This document shows positions 55,114 through 64,000 of a stretch of 64,000 bases of DNA, in pieces. The stretch comes from Candidatus Multivorans sp. (GTDB lineage Bacteria; Acidobacteriota; Thermoanaerobaculia; Multivoradales; Multivoraceae). The notes beneath the pieces are model-generated. The model did not search any database, was not told the origin of the DNA, and saw only the letters and a program-made list of their open reading frames with translations. Numbering within the stretch: the first letter of the stretch is position 1; each line of letters starts with the position of its first letter. The stretch covers positions 768,001-832,000 of the forward strand of contig OZ245033.1 in the NCBI GenBank assembly GCA_965224025.1. The letters run 5' to 3'. Made by a program: the position numbers and the translations under genes.

Positions 55114-56736
55114 CTAACGCCGAATCGGCCTGCCCGGCCGATTCCCCGTGGTCTCGCCGCCTTCGAACACCAACTGCCCATTGACCCACACCTTCTCGAT
55201 TCCCAGGGAAGGTATGTGCGGCTCCTCGTATGTCGATTGCTCCGTGACCGTCTCGGGGTCGAACAGCACCAGATCGGCGTAGTGACCCTCCCTGATCGCG
55301 CCGCGTTCAGCGATCCCAACGTGCTGGGCGGAGAGCGAGGTCATCTTCCGGATGCCCTCTTCGAGGGTGACGACGCCGCGGTCACGAACGTAGTGCCCCA
55401 AGAACCGGGTAAAGGCGCCGAACCCGCGTGGATGGGAACCGGCGAGCCCACCGTCGCTGCCGATGACGGTGTGTGGCCAGGCCATGATGGACTCGATGTC
55501 GGGTTCGTCCATGGCGAAACCCAGCATGGGGGATTCGCCGCCCGCTTCGGTGTCGGCCTTCAGTAGCTCCATCAGGGTCGTCTCGGGGTCGGAGCCGCGG
55601 AGTTCGGCGATCTCGGCGAGGGTCAGACCGTTGTAGTCCGGTTCCGGCAGAAAGTCGGGAAGGAGGATGTCCTCGGGCGAAAGCAGATCGCTGAGGATGT
55701 ACTCCGCCCCGTCCCGTCGATCGAGATCTCGATCCGGAAACACGGTCGTCAGCCAGGTGAAGGACGTGGCCCAGGCCCGGTAGGGGTAGATATCCGCCGT
55801 GATCTCGACGCCTGACGCCCGGGCTTCATCCAGCCGGTTCTTGAGACGTTCGGCCTGCCCCCACCAACGGTTCATGGCGAGCTTGATGTGGGCCACCTGC
55901 ACCGGTAGCTGGGCTTCGCGACCGATCTCGATGATCTCTTCGATCGCTTCCCAGAAGTACCGGTCCTCGCTGCGGATGTGGCTGATGTAGCGGCCTCCGT
56001 GGGCGGCGGCAACGCTGGCGAGTTGCACGACTTCTTCGGTCGTCGAGAAGGAACCCGGGTCGTACTCCAGCCCGGACGAAAGTCCGAGAGCGCCGGCTTC
56101 GAGTTCCTGGCGGAACAGATTCGCCATCTCGCCGACCTCTTCCGGCGTGGCATGGCGCATGTAGTCCTCGCCCATGACCTCGCTGCGCAGCGTCCCGAAA
56201 CCGGCGTAGGAGGCGACGTTGACGGCGGCGGGCGTGGTCTCGAGTTCGGCGAAGAACTCCGCCAGTGGGTACTGCTGGCCTCCGTCCTGCCCGGCCACGA
56301 TGGTCGTGATGCCCTGGTTGACCGCCGCCAGCGCCTCCGGGAGCTCGAACAGCTTGAAGTCGTGGTGACTGTGGACATCAATGAATCCGGACGCCAGGAT
56401 CAGGCCGTCCGCGTCGACGACGGCGTCCTCGGCCGACGGCTCGAAGTTGCCGACGGCGGCTATGCGGTCGCCGACGATGCGGACGTTGACGTCGCGGGAG
56501 GGTAGGCCGCTGCCGTCGACGACGCGGGCGTTGACGATGACGACGGGCGTCGGCGCAGGTTCGCCGGGGGCGCAAGTTGCCATGGTCAGGCCGAGGCTGA
56601 CCAGCAGCGCGAGACAGTGTGGCGAGGCTACGCCTCGCCCGATACTCCGCGCGGCGCCGCTTCGCGTCGCCACGCGGGGAGCCGGCCAGAGGCCGGCGGA
56701 CCCAGCGAAGCGATACCGGCGTCCCCGCCCCATCAT
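55114..56736 (-). CDS. N-acyl-D-amino acid deacylase (D-aminoacylase)
   Basis: GFIDVHSH, SHIRSE, IGSDG, HPRGFG and ADLVLFD; ATGA overlap with the upstream gene. Confidence 0.9.
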   Translation of the reverse strand: MMGRGRRYRFAGSAGLWPAPRVATRSGAARSIGRGVASPHCLALLVSLGLTMATCAPGEPAPTPVVIVNARVVDGSGLPSRDVNVRIVGDRIAAVGNFEPSAEDAVVDADGLILASGFIDVHSHHDFKLFELPEALAAVNQGITTIVAGQDGGQQYPLAEFFAELETTPAAVNVASYAGFGTLRSEVMGEDYMRHATPEEVGEMANLFRQELEAGALGLSSGLEYDPGSFSTTEEVVQLASVAAAHGGRYISHIRSEDRYFWEAIEEIIEIGREAQLPVQVAHIKLAMNRWWGQAERLKNRLDEARASGVEITADIYPYRAWATSFTWLTTVFPDRDLDRRDGAEYILSDLLSPEDILLPDFLPEPDYNGLTLAEIAELRGSDPETTLMELLKADTEAGGESPMLGFAMDEPDIESIMAWPHTVIGSDGGLAGSHPRGFGAFTRFLGHYVRDRGVVTLEEGIRKMTSLSAQHVGIAERGAIREGHYADLVLFDPETVTEQSTYEEPHIPSLGIEKVWVNGQLVFEGGETTGNRPGRPIRR

Positions 56737-58235
56737 CGACCGCCTCCGGCGGGAGGAGACCGAACGTCCAGGGCCGGTTGCTTCTCGAACACGAGGCCCC
56801 GCTCCGAGCCCGAACTCAGGCTGAATTCGGTGACTGCGCCGGTCGCGTTGCGTTCGAACTCGAGCCGCGCTGGAGACGCGGCCCACCCGCGGCTCTCGAA
56901 CTCGACCCGGAACTCGTCCTCGGCGACCGGAGCCACCGGAAGCGCCGGCTGCTGCTCGATTCGCACTGTGAGACCGCCATCCTCGACGGCGAATCGGTAG
57001 GTGGCGTCCAGTTCGGGGGAGAAGAAGCTGCCGGAGAACTCGGCCAGCTCGGCGGGCGACGGGGATGGTGCGTCGGGTTGCTCCGCCGCCTCGTCCTCGT
57101 CATCCTCCTCCTCGTCGCTGCCCTCCGACCCGAGCTGGTCCGCCAGGTAGTGGTCGGCAACCCGCCGCGCCAGCTCTCCGGGGTCTCCGTACTCGGCGTT
57201 GCAGGCGACGGCGATCGACAGGCCGGGCTCCACGTACCGCCTGAGTTCCGTCAGGAAGCCCCACGAGTGGCCGCCGTGCCCCACCGTGCGCAAGCCGCGA
57301 TACTCACCCGGAGTGATGCCGTGGGCATAGCCGATCCCGTCGCCGCTGTTGAGCGTGCCCTCGGTCAGCATCTCCCCGTAGATCGCTGGTTTCTCGGCGC
57401 CGTGCAGGTAGTCGTCCCAGCGCAGCAGATCCTCCACCGTCGTGTAGAGCTGCCCGTCGCCGGCGATCTCGAAGTTGTAATTGTGCACGATCCGCAGCCG
57501 TCCGTCGTCGTCTCGGTGGTAGCCGGTGGCGCGCCGCGGGATGATCTCCTCGCGGTTCTCGTACATCCGGCTGCTTTCCATTCCCAGCGGCTCGAAGATC
57601 CGCTCCCGCGCCAGCTCGCCCAGGGACTTGCCGCTGGCGCGCTCGAGGGCATGGGCCAGGAGCATGTAGCCGGTGTTGCTGTACTCGTACCGCTCGCCGG
57701 CAGGGAAGACCGGCGCGAGCTGCCGCGACATCATCGCCAGGAGTTGCTCGCGCGAAACCGCGTAGTAGTCGCCGGCGCTGGCGAGCGGAAACAGGTTCAG
57801 ATAGTCGCGCAGGCCGCCGGTGTGGTGGATCAGGTGCCGCAGGGTGATCGGCCGTTCGTACTCGGGCAGTTCCGGAAGCCACTTGCGAACGTCGTCGTCG
57901 AGCGAGACCGTTCCGCCCAGTGCCAGCATGTTGGCGACGGCGGCGACGAACTGCTTGGTCACCGAGGCGACGTCGAAGACTGTCTGCGGCGTGATCGGAA
58001 TGTCGTAGTCGAGGTTGGCGTAGCCGTAGCCCCGCGAGTAGATGAGGTCGCCGTCCCGCGCCACCGCGAGCGCGCATCCGGGCGAATCCCGCGTGTCCCA
58101 GGATGCGAACAGCGCGTCGACGGCCGGATTGTCGGCTCCGGTGTCGAGGCTGGCTTGCCGGTCGCCGGGGCTCGCGCAGCCGATGGCGAGCGCCAGGATC
58201 GTCACGGTAGCCGGGAGAGCGCGGTAGCGGGTCAC
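56733..58235 (-). CDS. Beta-lactamase-family serine hydrolase (D-aminopeptidase-like), lipoprotein
   Basis: ASVTKQ (SxxK), YSNTGY, HGG and an AIGC lipobox. Confidence 0.9.
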   Translation of the reverse strand: MTRYRALPATVTILALAIGCASPGDRQASLDTGADNPAVDALFASWDTRDSPGCALAVARDGDLIYSRGYGYANLDYDIPITPQTVFDVASVTKQFVAAVANMLALGGTVSLDDDVRKWLPELPEYERPITLRHLIHHTGGLRDYLNLFPLASAGDYYAVSREQLLAMMSRQLAPVFPAGERYEYSNTGYMLLAHALERASGKSLGELARERIFEPLGMESSRMYENREEIIPRRATGYHRDDDGRLRIVHNYNFEIAGDGQLYTTVEDLLRWDDYLHGAEKPAIYGEMLTEGTLNSGDGIGYAHGITPGEYRGLRTVGHGGHSWGFLTELRRYVEPGLSIAVACNAEYGDPGELARRVADHYLADQLGSEGSDEEEDDEDEAAEQPDAPSPSPAELAEFSGSFFSPELDATYRFAVEDGGLTVRIEQQPALPVAPVAEDEFRVEFESRGWAASPARLEFERNATGAVTEFSLSSGSERGLVFEKQPALDVRSPPAGGGR

Positions 58236-59146
58236 TTCGCCCATTCTCGCAACTGTTCGAGGGTCGTCGTAGCGCCGCCGCAGACGATGACCAGGACGGA
58301 CTCGAAGTCCTCGAGTTCCAGTGCGCCGTCGTACACGGCGGCGAGCGACGCTCCGCAGGCCGGCTCCACGACCACCCTGTGATCGGCGAGGAACCTGTGA
58401 CATGCGGACACGGCGGCCTGATCGGAAACCACGACGCTCCGAAGCGGATGATCCCTGGTGCAGTCGAACGCTCGTTTGCAGATCTTCTTCGCCCCAAGCG
58501 TAATGGCGAGGCTGGTGATGGCGGGCAGCTCGACCCGGGAGCCAGCTCGCACCGACTGAGCCAGGGAGTCGGCGCCTTCCGTTTCGACCGCAATCACCGG
58601 GACATCGGACCAGCCGCTGCTCCGTAGCCCCTCCACGAGGCCGCACAGCAGCCCGCCCCCTCCGACGGAGACGACCACGGCGTCGGGCTTGACGCCCGAC
58701 CGCACCACCTCGTCCACCAGGGTGGCATGTCCCTGCCAGACGAGAGGGTCGTCGAACGGATGAACCAGAGCATCAGACTCCTCGACCGTCGACATGGCCA
58801 GTTCATTGGCTTCCTGCCAGGAATCGCCATGGACGACGACTTCGGTGCCTTCCTGCCGGATCAGGGCCTTGGCCCTGTCGGACGTGGTTTCGGGCACCAC
58901 GATGAGCACGGGCACCGAGAGATGGCGTCCGGCGTAGGCGACCGCGATCCCCGCGTTGCCGCCGGACGACGAGATCAAGCGCCTGGCGCCCCGCCGAACG
59001 TACTCCTGGCAGGCGAAGCCGATGCCTCGAATCTTGAACGAGCCGGGCGGCTGCATCGCGTCGAGCTTCAGCCAGATGCTCCGCCCCGCGTGGATGGACA
59101 GCGGGCGCGACTCAAAGAGCGGCGTTTCGATGTGCAGTGGCTTCAT
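58232..59146 (-). CDS. PLP-dependent L-serine/threonine dehydratase
   Basis: GSFKIRG, SSGGNAG, SVGGGG, EPACG and CGG. Confidence 0.9.
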   Translation of the reverse strand: MKPLHIETPLFESRPLSIHAGRSIWLKLDAMQPPGSFKIRGIGFACQEYVRRGARRLISSSGGNAGIAVAYAGRHLSVPVLIVVPETTSDRAKALIRQEGTEVVVHGDSWQEANELAMSTVEESDALVHPFDDPLVWQGHATLVDEVVRSGVKPDAVVVSVGGGGLLCGLVEGLRSSGWSDVPVIAVETEGADSLAQSVRAGSRVELPAITSLAITLGAKKICKRAFDCTRDHPLRSVVVSDQAAVSACHRFLADHRVVVEPACGASLAAVYDGALELEDFESVLVIVCGGATTTLEQLREWAK

Positions 59147-59373
59147 GACTGGTACTTCGTCCCCGGCGAGGCCCTGTAGCCTCGCGACGTTAACGGGTCG
59201 GCCAGGCGCCCGAGCGCTCTCTGGGAGGTGGCGGCGATCCTCTCGGCGCGCTCGTTGCGATCAGTCTGATCTACGGACTCTTTCACCGGCGCTTCTACCG
59301 GCTGAACGGCGAACTGAACGCGCAGACCGAGCTCCAGGTCTCGATCCTGGAGCAGCGTCGCCTGGAGTCGCTC

Positions 59374-59661
59374 GTGACGCACCTCAGGAAGTTGCGCCGA
59401 AGCGAAGTCCGGCTCTCGGACACGGAGGCCGTTCTGTACGGCGGGATCTTCGCCGCCATGTTCGCCTTCGTGCTCGGCAACGTGTGGATCGCGGCGACGA
59501 TTCCGATGATCACGGCGGGCGCGATCTTCGCGATTCTCAGCTACTCCTGGGAGTTCGTGGAGTCGAGCATCGCCCTGCCTATGGCGCTGCAGGAGTGGTC
59601 GCGGCTCGGCGAGATCCGCGATCGGCTGAATCGGGCCACGGAAGTGGCCGAGCCTGTCTAG
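59374..59661 (+). pseudogene. C-terminal fragment of an ABC six-TM-domain protein
   Basis: HL..LRR.EVRLSD.EA..G.IFAI.SY.W.F; no N-terminus. Confidence 0.55.
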
Positions 59662-59795
59662 CGGCGACCATCCTGCGGCGCACCCAGCGGGTGGCTTCGG
59701 TTTCAGTACCAGCGTTGCACTGCCGCACATCCCCCGCTGGGACTCTCCACCCTTTAGCAAGTGTGTTTTGGGGAGGCTGCTGCGGGTCAGGGAGG

Positions 59796-61049
59796 TCATG
59801 CGACCTGGGCATGGCATCGCTTGTTGGGGTCGAAGAGAGTTCGGTCTCGGAGCATGGCGCAGGCGACGCCGAGGAGTCGGTCGACGAGTTGTCTGATGGC
59901 GCGTCCGTGCGTCTTTCCCTGGGCTTTCATGGCGTCGTACTTGGCGCGGCTGATCGGGTCATGCTCGATGGCGACTCGTCCCCAGTGATAGACGGCGTCG
60001 CTGAGGTGTTCGTTGGCGGCGAGTCGTCGCATGACGATGAGCTTCTTGCCGGACTTGACGGTCACCGGCGCCACTCCGCAGAGGCAACGCAGTGCCTCGT
60101 GGTCTCTGCGGCCCAGGCTTTGATCGGCCTCGGAGAGCAGGGTGGCGAGGCCGACCTTGCCGAGTCCGGGCAGCGACCTGAGGATGGCGGCGTCGCTCGG
60201 CTTAGGGGAGTCGTCGTCGTTTTCCCGTTGGGCCGGGGCCTCGAGTGCGCGGGTCATCCGCTCCAGCCGCTTGTCGGCGTCGGCGAGTTGGCGGCAGACG
60301 GTGTCGAGCACCGGCCGGAGGAGTCCTATGTGTTCGACGGCGGCCTTAACGGTGTCCGGGGAAACGGCGATCGGCTCGGCCCGCAGTTGATCGCGCAGTT
60401 GGGCGGAGGTCAGGCGCCGGATGCGGTGTTCCTTGAGCAGTTTGGCGAGCGTGGCTTCGCGCAGCCGTCGAGCCTTGCCGGGGGTCGGCGCCAGTCGCCA
60501 CAAGGCCAGCGCGAAGGGCGCCGACACCTCGTTCTTGACCACGGCGAGAAACTGCGGGTAGTAGCGCCAGAGCTGGTCGCGGACCTGGTTCTCCAGGCGG
60601 TTCTTCTGGTTGACCAACTGCTTGCGGGCGCGGGACACCTCGCGCAGCATGACGATGGCGGCATCGGATGGTTGCACGCGGTTCAGGCACTCGGGGTCGG
60701 TGCGAAGCGCGGCGGCGAGCACCCGTGCATCGCGGCGGTCATCCTTGGCGCCGGCGACGGAGAAGCGGTCCCTGAAGCGGTCGAGCTGCTTGGGGTTGAT
60801 CGAATGCACGGCGAAGCCCCGCTCCAGGAGAGTCTCGACCACCGGTCCGTGCGGCACCTCGATGGCGACGCCGATCTCGTCCGGAGACGTCGGTCGGGTA
60901 TGTCCAAGGAGCCAGTCGGCCATGGCGGCAAGTCCCTTGCCGCTGTGGTCGAACGCCCGCTCCCCCCTCACCTTGCCGTCCCGATCCAGCACACACACGT
61001 GGTGGGTCTCGGACCCCCAGTCCACGCCGACGAACCACGTCCTGGTCAT
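59796..61049 (-). CDS. IS110 recombinase (DEDD RuvC-like plus Tnp domain)
   Basis: VGVDW, IE, KDDRRDA, SLPGLG and GVAPVTVKSG (catalytic Ser); GGAGG RBS. Confidence 0.95.
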   Translation of the reverse strand: MTRTWFVGVDWGSETHHVCVLDRDGKVRGERAFDHSGKGLAAMADWLLGHTRPTSPDEIGVAIEVPHGPVVETLLERGFAVHSINPKQLDRFRDRFSVAGAKDDRRDARVLAAALRTDPECLNRVQPSDAAIVMLREVSRARKQLVNQKNRLENQVRDQLWRYYPQFLAVVKNEVSAPFALALWRLAPTPGKARRLREATLAKLLKEHRIRRLTSAQLRDQLRAEPIAVSPDTVKAAVEHIGLLRPVLDTVCRQLADADKRLERMTRALEAPAQRENDDDSPKPSDAAILRSLPGLGKVGLATLLSEADQSLGRRDHEALRCLCGVAPVTVKSGKKLIVMRRLAANEHLSDAVYHWGRVAIEHDPISRAKYDAMKAQGKTHGRAIRQLVDRLLGVACAMLRDRTLFDPNKRCHAQVA

Positions 61050-61084
61050 CTCGTCCTCCTTCTCCCTTGCGGTAGTGTTGCCTG

Positions 61085-61240
61085 GTCGGCATGCCGCGTT
61101 GCCTGCCCGTACCTGTACTGGTGCTCTAAGGCACTGACTCTCCACTGGGCGTCCAACGCGGCGAAGCAGCCAGGGCACGGGTCCCAGCCAGGTGCTCGAA
61201 GCACAGTGCGCCGGTGGTCGCTCCTGGCTGCTTGCCGACC
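61085..61240 (-). ncRNA. Predicted IS110 bridge RNA (target- and donor-binding loops)
   Basis: Two stem/internal-loop/hairpin modules whose loop strands match the target flanks and the element ends. Confidence 0.8.
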
Positions 61241-61288
61241 TTCCTTCAGTGACTCCGGCAGGCCGGAAACGAAACCGACCGGCGGTCC

Positions 61289-61385
61289 CGGCTGCGGAAG
61301 CTGCCGGTCCCGCGGAAAACGGCAGACCGTTTCCCGCCGGACCTTGGAAAACCGGCAAGCCGGTTTCCCACAGCTACCGCAGCCG
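61289..61385. repeat. Highly structured ~97-bp element inside the IS110 left end
   Basis: Terminal CGGCTGCGG/CCGCAGCCG enclosing two GGAAAAC..GTTTCC hairpins. Confidence 0.6.
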
Positions 61386-61500
61386 CGACGGCTACTGGTC
61401 GATTCCACCTCTCTCAACGACCCACCAGAATCCACCCGAGAAAGGTACAGGTACGCCGGCCTCCGGCCGGCATCCGGCGCGAAGCGCCGGTCTCCGCAAC

Positions 61501-61690
61501 TCAGGCCACAGCCCCGACTTCAACCCGATCAACACCCAGCCGGCCCTCCTCGATCACCAGGCCGACGGCGCCGCAATCCAGCGCGGTGTCGGTGACCTTG
61601 ATCAGCGCCGCGCCGTCGACCTTGCCGATCAGGCGGTCACCATCGACCTGCAGGGTCAACTCGTGGGTCTCGCCGAGCCGCCCCGGCCCG
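61501..61690 (-). pseudogene. C-terminal beta-sandwich remnant of an unknown gene
   Basis: HELTLQVDGDRLIGKVDG..GAVGLVIEEGR; coding-like codon usage but no credible start. Confidence 0.35.
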
Positions 61691-61828
61691 CGTAAGGTTA
61701 GCCTTTCGCTGGCTGCGGCACCGCCCTTTTCCACGACGTCTTGTGCATTGCCGATCCATGTGGCTGCTACTCAGCGGGAGCGGGAATCCCCCGAGTCCGA
61801 GTTCAAGCGGCGCTACGGGCCACGCGGA

Positions 61829-63352
61829 CTAGGCGGCCCGTGTACCTCGCGACTGACGCGGGCTTCCGCAAGCTCGTTCCCGGGCAACGACCGCCTCCAG
61901 GTGAGGCGGCGGCCGCCACAGGCATTCCATGACGTAGGGCAGGTCCATGGGCCGGCCGTCCCAGGCAGGCATCGACTCCTTGCCGGTGATCAGGATGCGG
62001 GCGTCCTCCAGGTGTTCGATCAGTTCTCGGGCTGCATCGAGGCCTACCGGTGGCGGTGCCGGACTCTGGTCCAGCGGCCGGCCGCGCGGATGGAAGAACT
62101 GCACGGCCGTGTTGGCGCTCAGTCGGACTCGGAACCCGCCCTCGTGGAGGAGGCGGTGGTGCCGGCGGCAGAGGAGTACGAGGTTCGACAGCTTCGTTTC
62201 GCCGCCGTCGGCCCAGTGGACGATGTGATGGCCGTCGCAGTGCTTCGACGTGTAGCCGGGGAAGCGGCAACCGCGGTCGCGGAACTCGAGGGCGCGCCGG
62301 ATGGGCGGTGGAATGGTGCGGGTCTTGCGGCCGACGTTGAGGATCTGGCCGGAACGGTGACTCATGCAGACCTTGCCGGCGTCGCAGGCGATTCGTCGCG
62401 CTGTTTCTGCGGAAACAGGAACGTTGGAGTCGCCGAGCCAGGCGCCGCTGCGTGAGGGCGGTTGTCTTGCCGGCTCAAGTCGGTTTCGCGTTTCCGCGGA
62501 AACGCGCGCGGCGGTTGCGTCCCGGGAACGCTTTCCCGACTGGTGCGTCGGTGGCGTTTCCGCGGAAGCGGGCGCTGCTGGCGTTTCCGGGGAAACACGA
62601 GGCGCTCGGGCAGTTGCTGGCGCGTCCCTCCGGGCCTTGAGATCTTCGTCGTTCACATGCACGACGACCTGATACCGATCGCCGCTTGACCCCGGGTCCA
62701 GACCGGCCCTGAGCGCGCTTTCGGCAACGAGGGCGAGAGCGTCGGCGCGCACCTTGCCGACTGGTGGCCGATCCTTCGGTTGCTCGGCATAGAGCCTGTC
62801 GCCCGCAGCCTTGAGCGCCTTCATCAGCACCTCGCCCGCCTCCGGTGCCAGGCGTCCGCGAATCACGAACATGCCGTTCTCGTCGATATGGGTGGTCAGG
62901 TGACTCGACGCGTCACGCAGCTCGTCGTCGGTTGCTTCGACGGTGCGATCGATCCGCCGCCACTCCCGGACGACGCGTTCGGCTTGCGCTGCGGTCCCTG
63001 CCTTGCCGAGGTCGACCAGCGACTCCTCCGTGTCGGGCCGGACTATGCGGGTCAACGCCCTCACCTTGGAGTAGGAGAGTTGGCCGCGTTTCATCGCCTC
63101 GCTCATCAGGGGCAGTTCGCCCAGGGCCCGGGCTACGCGCACCCGTTCGCGGGCCGCATTGGGCGCGAGACCGATGCGCCAGGTGAGCCAGTGGGCGCAA
63201 CTGAGAAAGCCGCAGTTCCAGCCTTCCTGTTCATCGAACTTGCGAATCAGAACGAGCAACTCGTAGGTCGCCGCGTCGATCCGAGCCGCGAGCGTGGCGA
63301 TCTCCTAGCCCATGCGCTCCTTGGCGCTCATGCCGGTTTCCTTGTCAATCAT
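61829..63352 (-). pseudogene. DUF222/HNH endonuclease repeat-family protein with in-frame TAG (63305-63307)
   Basis: SCAHWL, LSYSKVRALTR and RDRGCRFPG..HHIVHW..GG.T.L.NL.LLC..HH. Confidence 0.85.
62402..62598. repeat. Cluster of GTTTCCGCGGAAAC-type palindromes inside the HNH gene
   Basis: Copies near 62403, 62490, 62557 and 62583, plus a degenerate copy near 62519; they encode VSAET. Confidence 0.8.
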
Positions 63353-63676
63353 TGTCGTCACTCGTGCTGGGACCTTGCGGTCCGGGTTGGCACTGTGGCG
63401 GAGGTCACAAACCGGCCGTCGGGGCCTCCGTCGAAGGGAGACAATCTAGCACGAATGGACGTGAAACGCAATCAATCTCGACTTGGCACGGTTTAGGAAT
63501 CCGACGTCACTTGGACGACGGCGGTTCGGTTCTCGAAAAAGCGTCGGTCCAGATCGTCGAGATGCTCGATCAGCGAGCGGACGGCTCTGAGCAGTTCCAG
63601 GATCGCAGTCTCTGGAGACTCGACGCCAGACCCGGTTCCTGCGCCGAGCCTGTCCTCGAGCCGGACTCGGCCGGTC

Positions 63677-64000
63677 TTAGTAGGGATTCGAAGGCGTGAT
63701 CTTCCAGGCCTCGAGCGAGTGCACGTGGGCATCGCCGCCGACGGCGAAGAGCTGAACGCCGACGCTGTCCGGGCGTGACGGATAGATGCGCCGCGCGACG
63801 GCCTGGCGGCTGTTGGCGAAGACCCCGACCACGGACTTGTCGACGAAGACTCTCAGCGTCAACCGCTCGCCGGCCTTCAACTCGAAGGGCGCCGCCTCGA
63901 CGACCTTGGGCGTGTCTTCCGGGTCTGACTTGCGTGTATCTACGTTGAGCAGCTTCTTTTTGGCAACGTAGAAGACCGACGTCTCCTCCTGGCCGTCCGG
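63677..64000 (-). CDS. Glycoside hydrolase family 32 C-terminal domain (partial)
   Basis: LTLRVFVDKSVV.VFAN.RQAVARRIYP; runs off the window. Confidence 0.8.
   Translation of the reverse strand, partial: PDGQEETSVFYVAKKKLLNVDTRKSDPEDTPKVVEAAPFELKAGERLTLRVFVDKSVVGVFANSRQAVARRIYPSRPDSVGVQLFAVGGDAHVHSLEAWKITPSNPY

Larger units (their letters stand above)
59740..61451 (-). mobile_element. IS110-family bridge-recombinase element with CC core, inserted in a REP-like target
   Basis: Minus-strand ends CCGGCGTA-CC-TGTAC and GTGGAGAGT-CC-CAGC; both match internal guide sequences. Confidence 0.88.

Overview
GC-rich bacterial window. The paired 'FWFF..NxELxxKVLDG' C-terminal domains, the DUF3604/FG-GAP proteins and the many TA modules suggest an Acidobacteriota (Thermoanaerobaculia-like), possibly sponge-associated genome; this is inference only. 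The backbone encodes three tandem QueG/reductive-dehalogenase-like Fe-S proteins, a 2-oxoacid:ferredoxin oxidoreductase operon, a sulfatase, IorAB, KatG and several catabolic enzymes. It is interrupted by IS3, ISL3 and IS110 elements, an HNH repeat gene, TA modules and many decayed or chimeric genes. Highlight 1: two paralogous Cre-like tyrosine recombinase genes each sit inside a ~1.19 kb segment bounded by inverted 11-6-11 dif/lox-like sites with locus-specific 6-bp cores. Flipping either segment would place a TTGACA -35 at 17-18 bp from an external TAnnnT -10 facing a block of surface/secreted cargo genes. This predicts a self-inverting, split-promoter phase switch, with both copies currently OFF. 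Highlight 2: an IS110 whose bridge RNA target and donor loops, CC core, REP-like target and circle-junction promoter can all be read from the sequence. All calls come from reading the sequence and ORF translations; no database searches were run.
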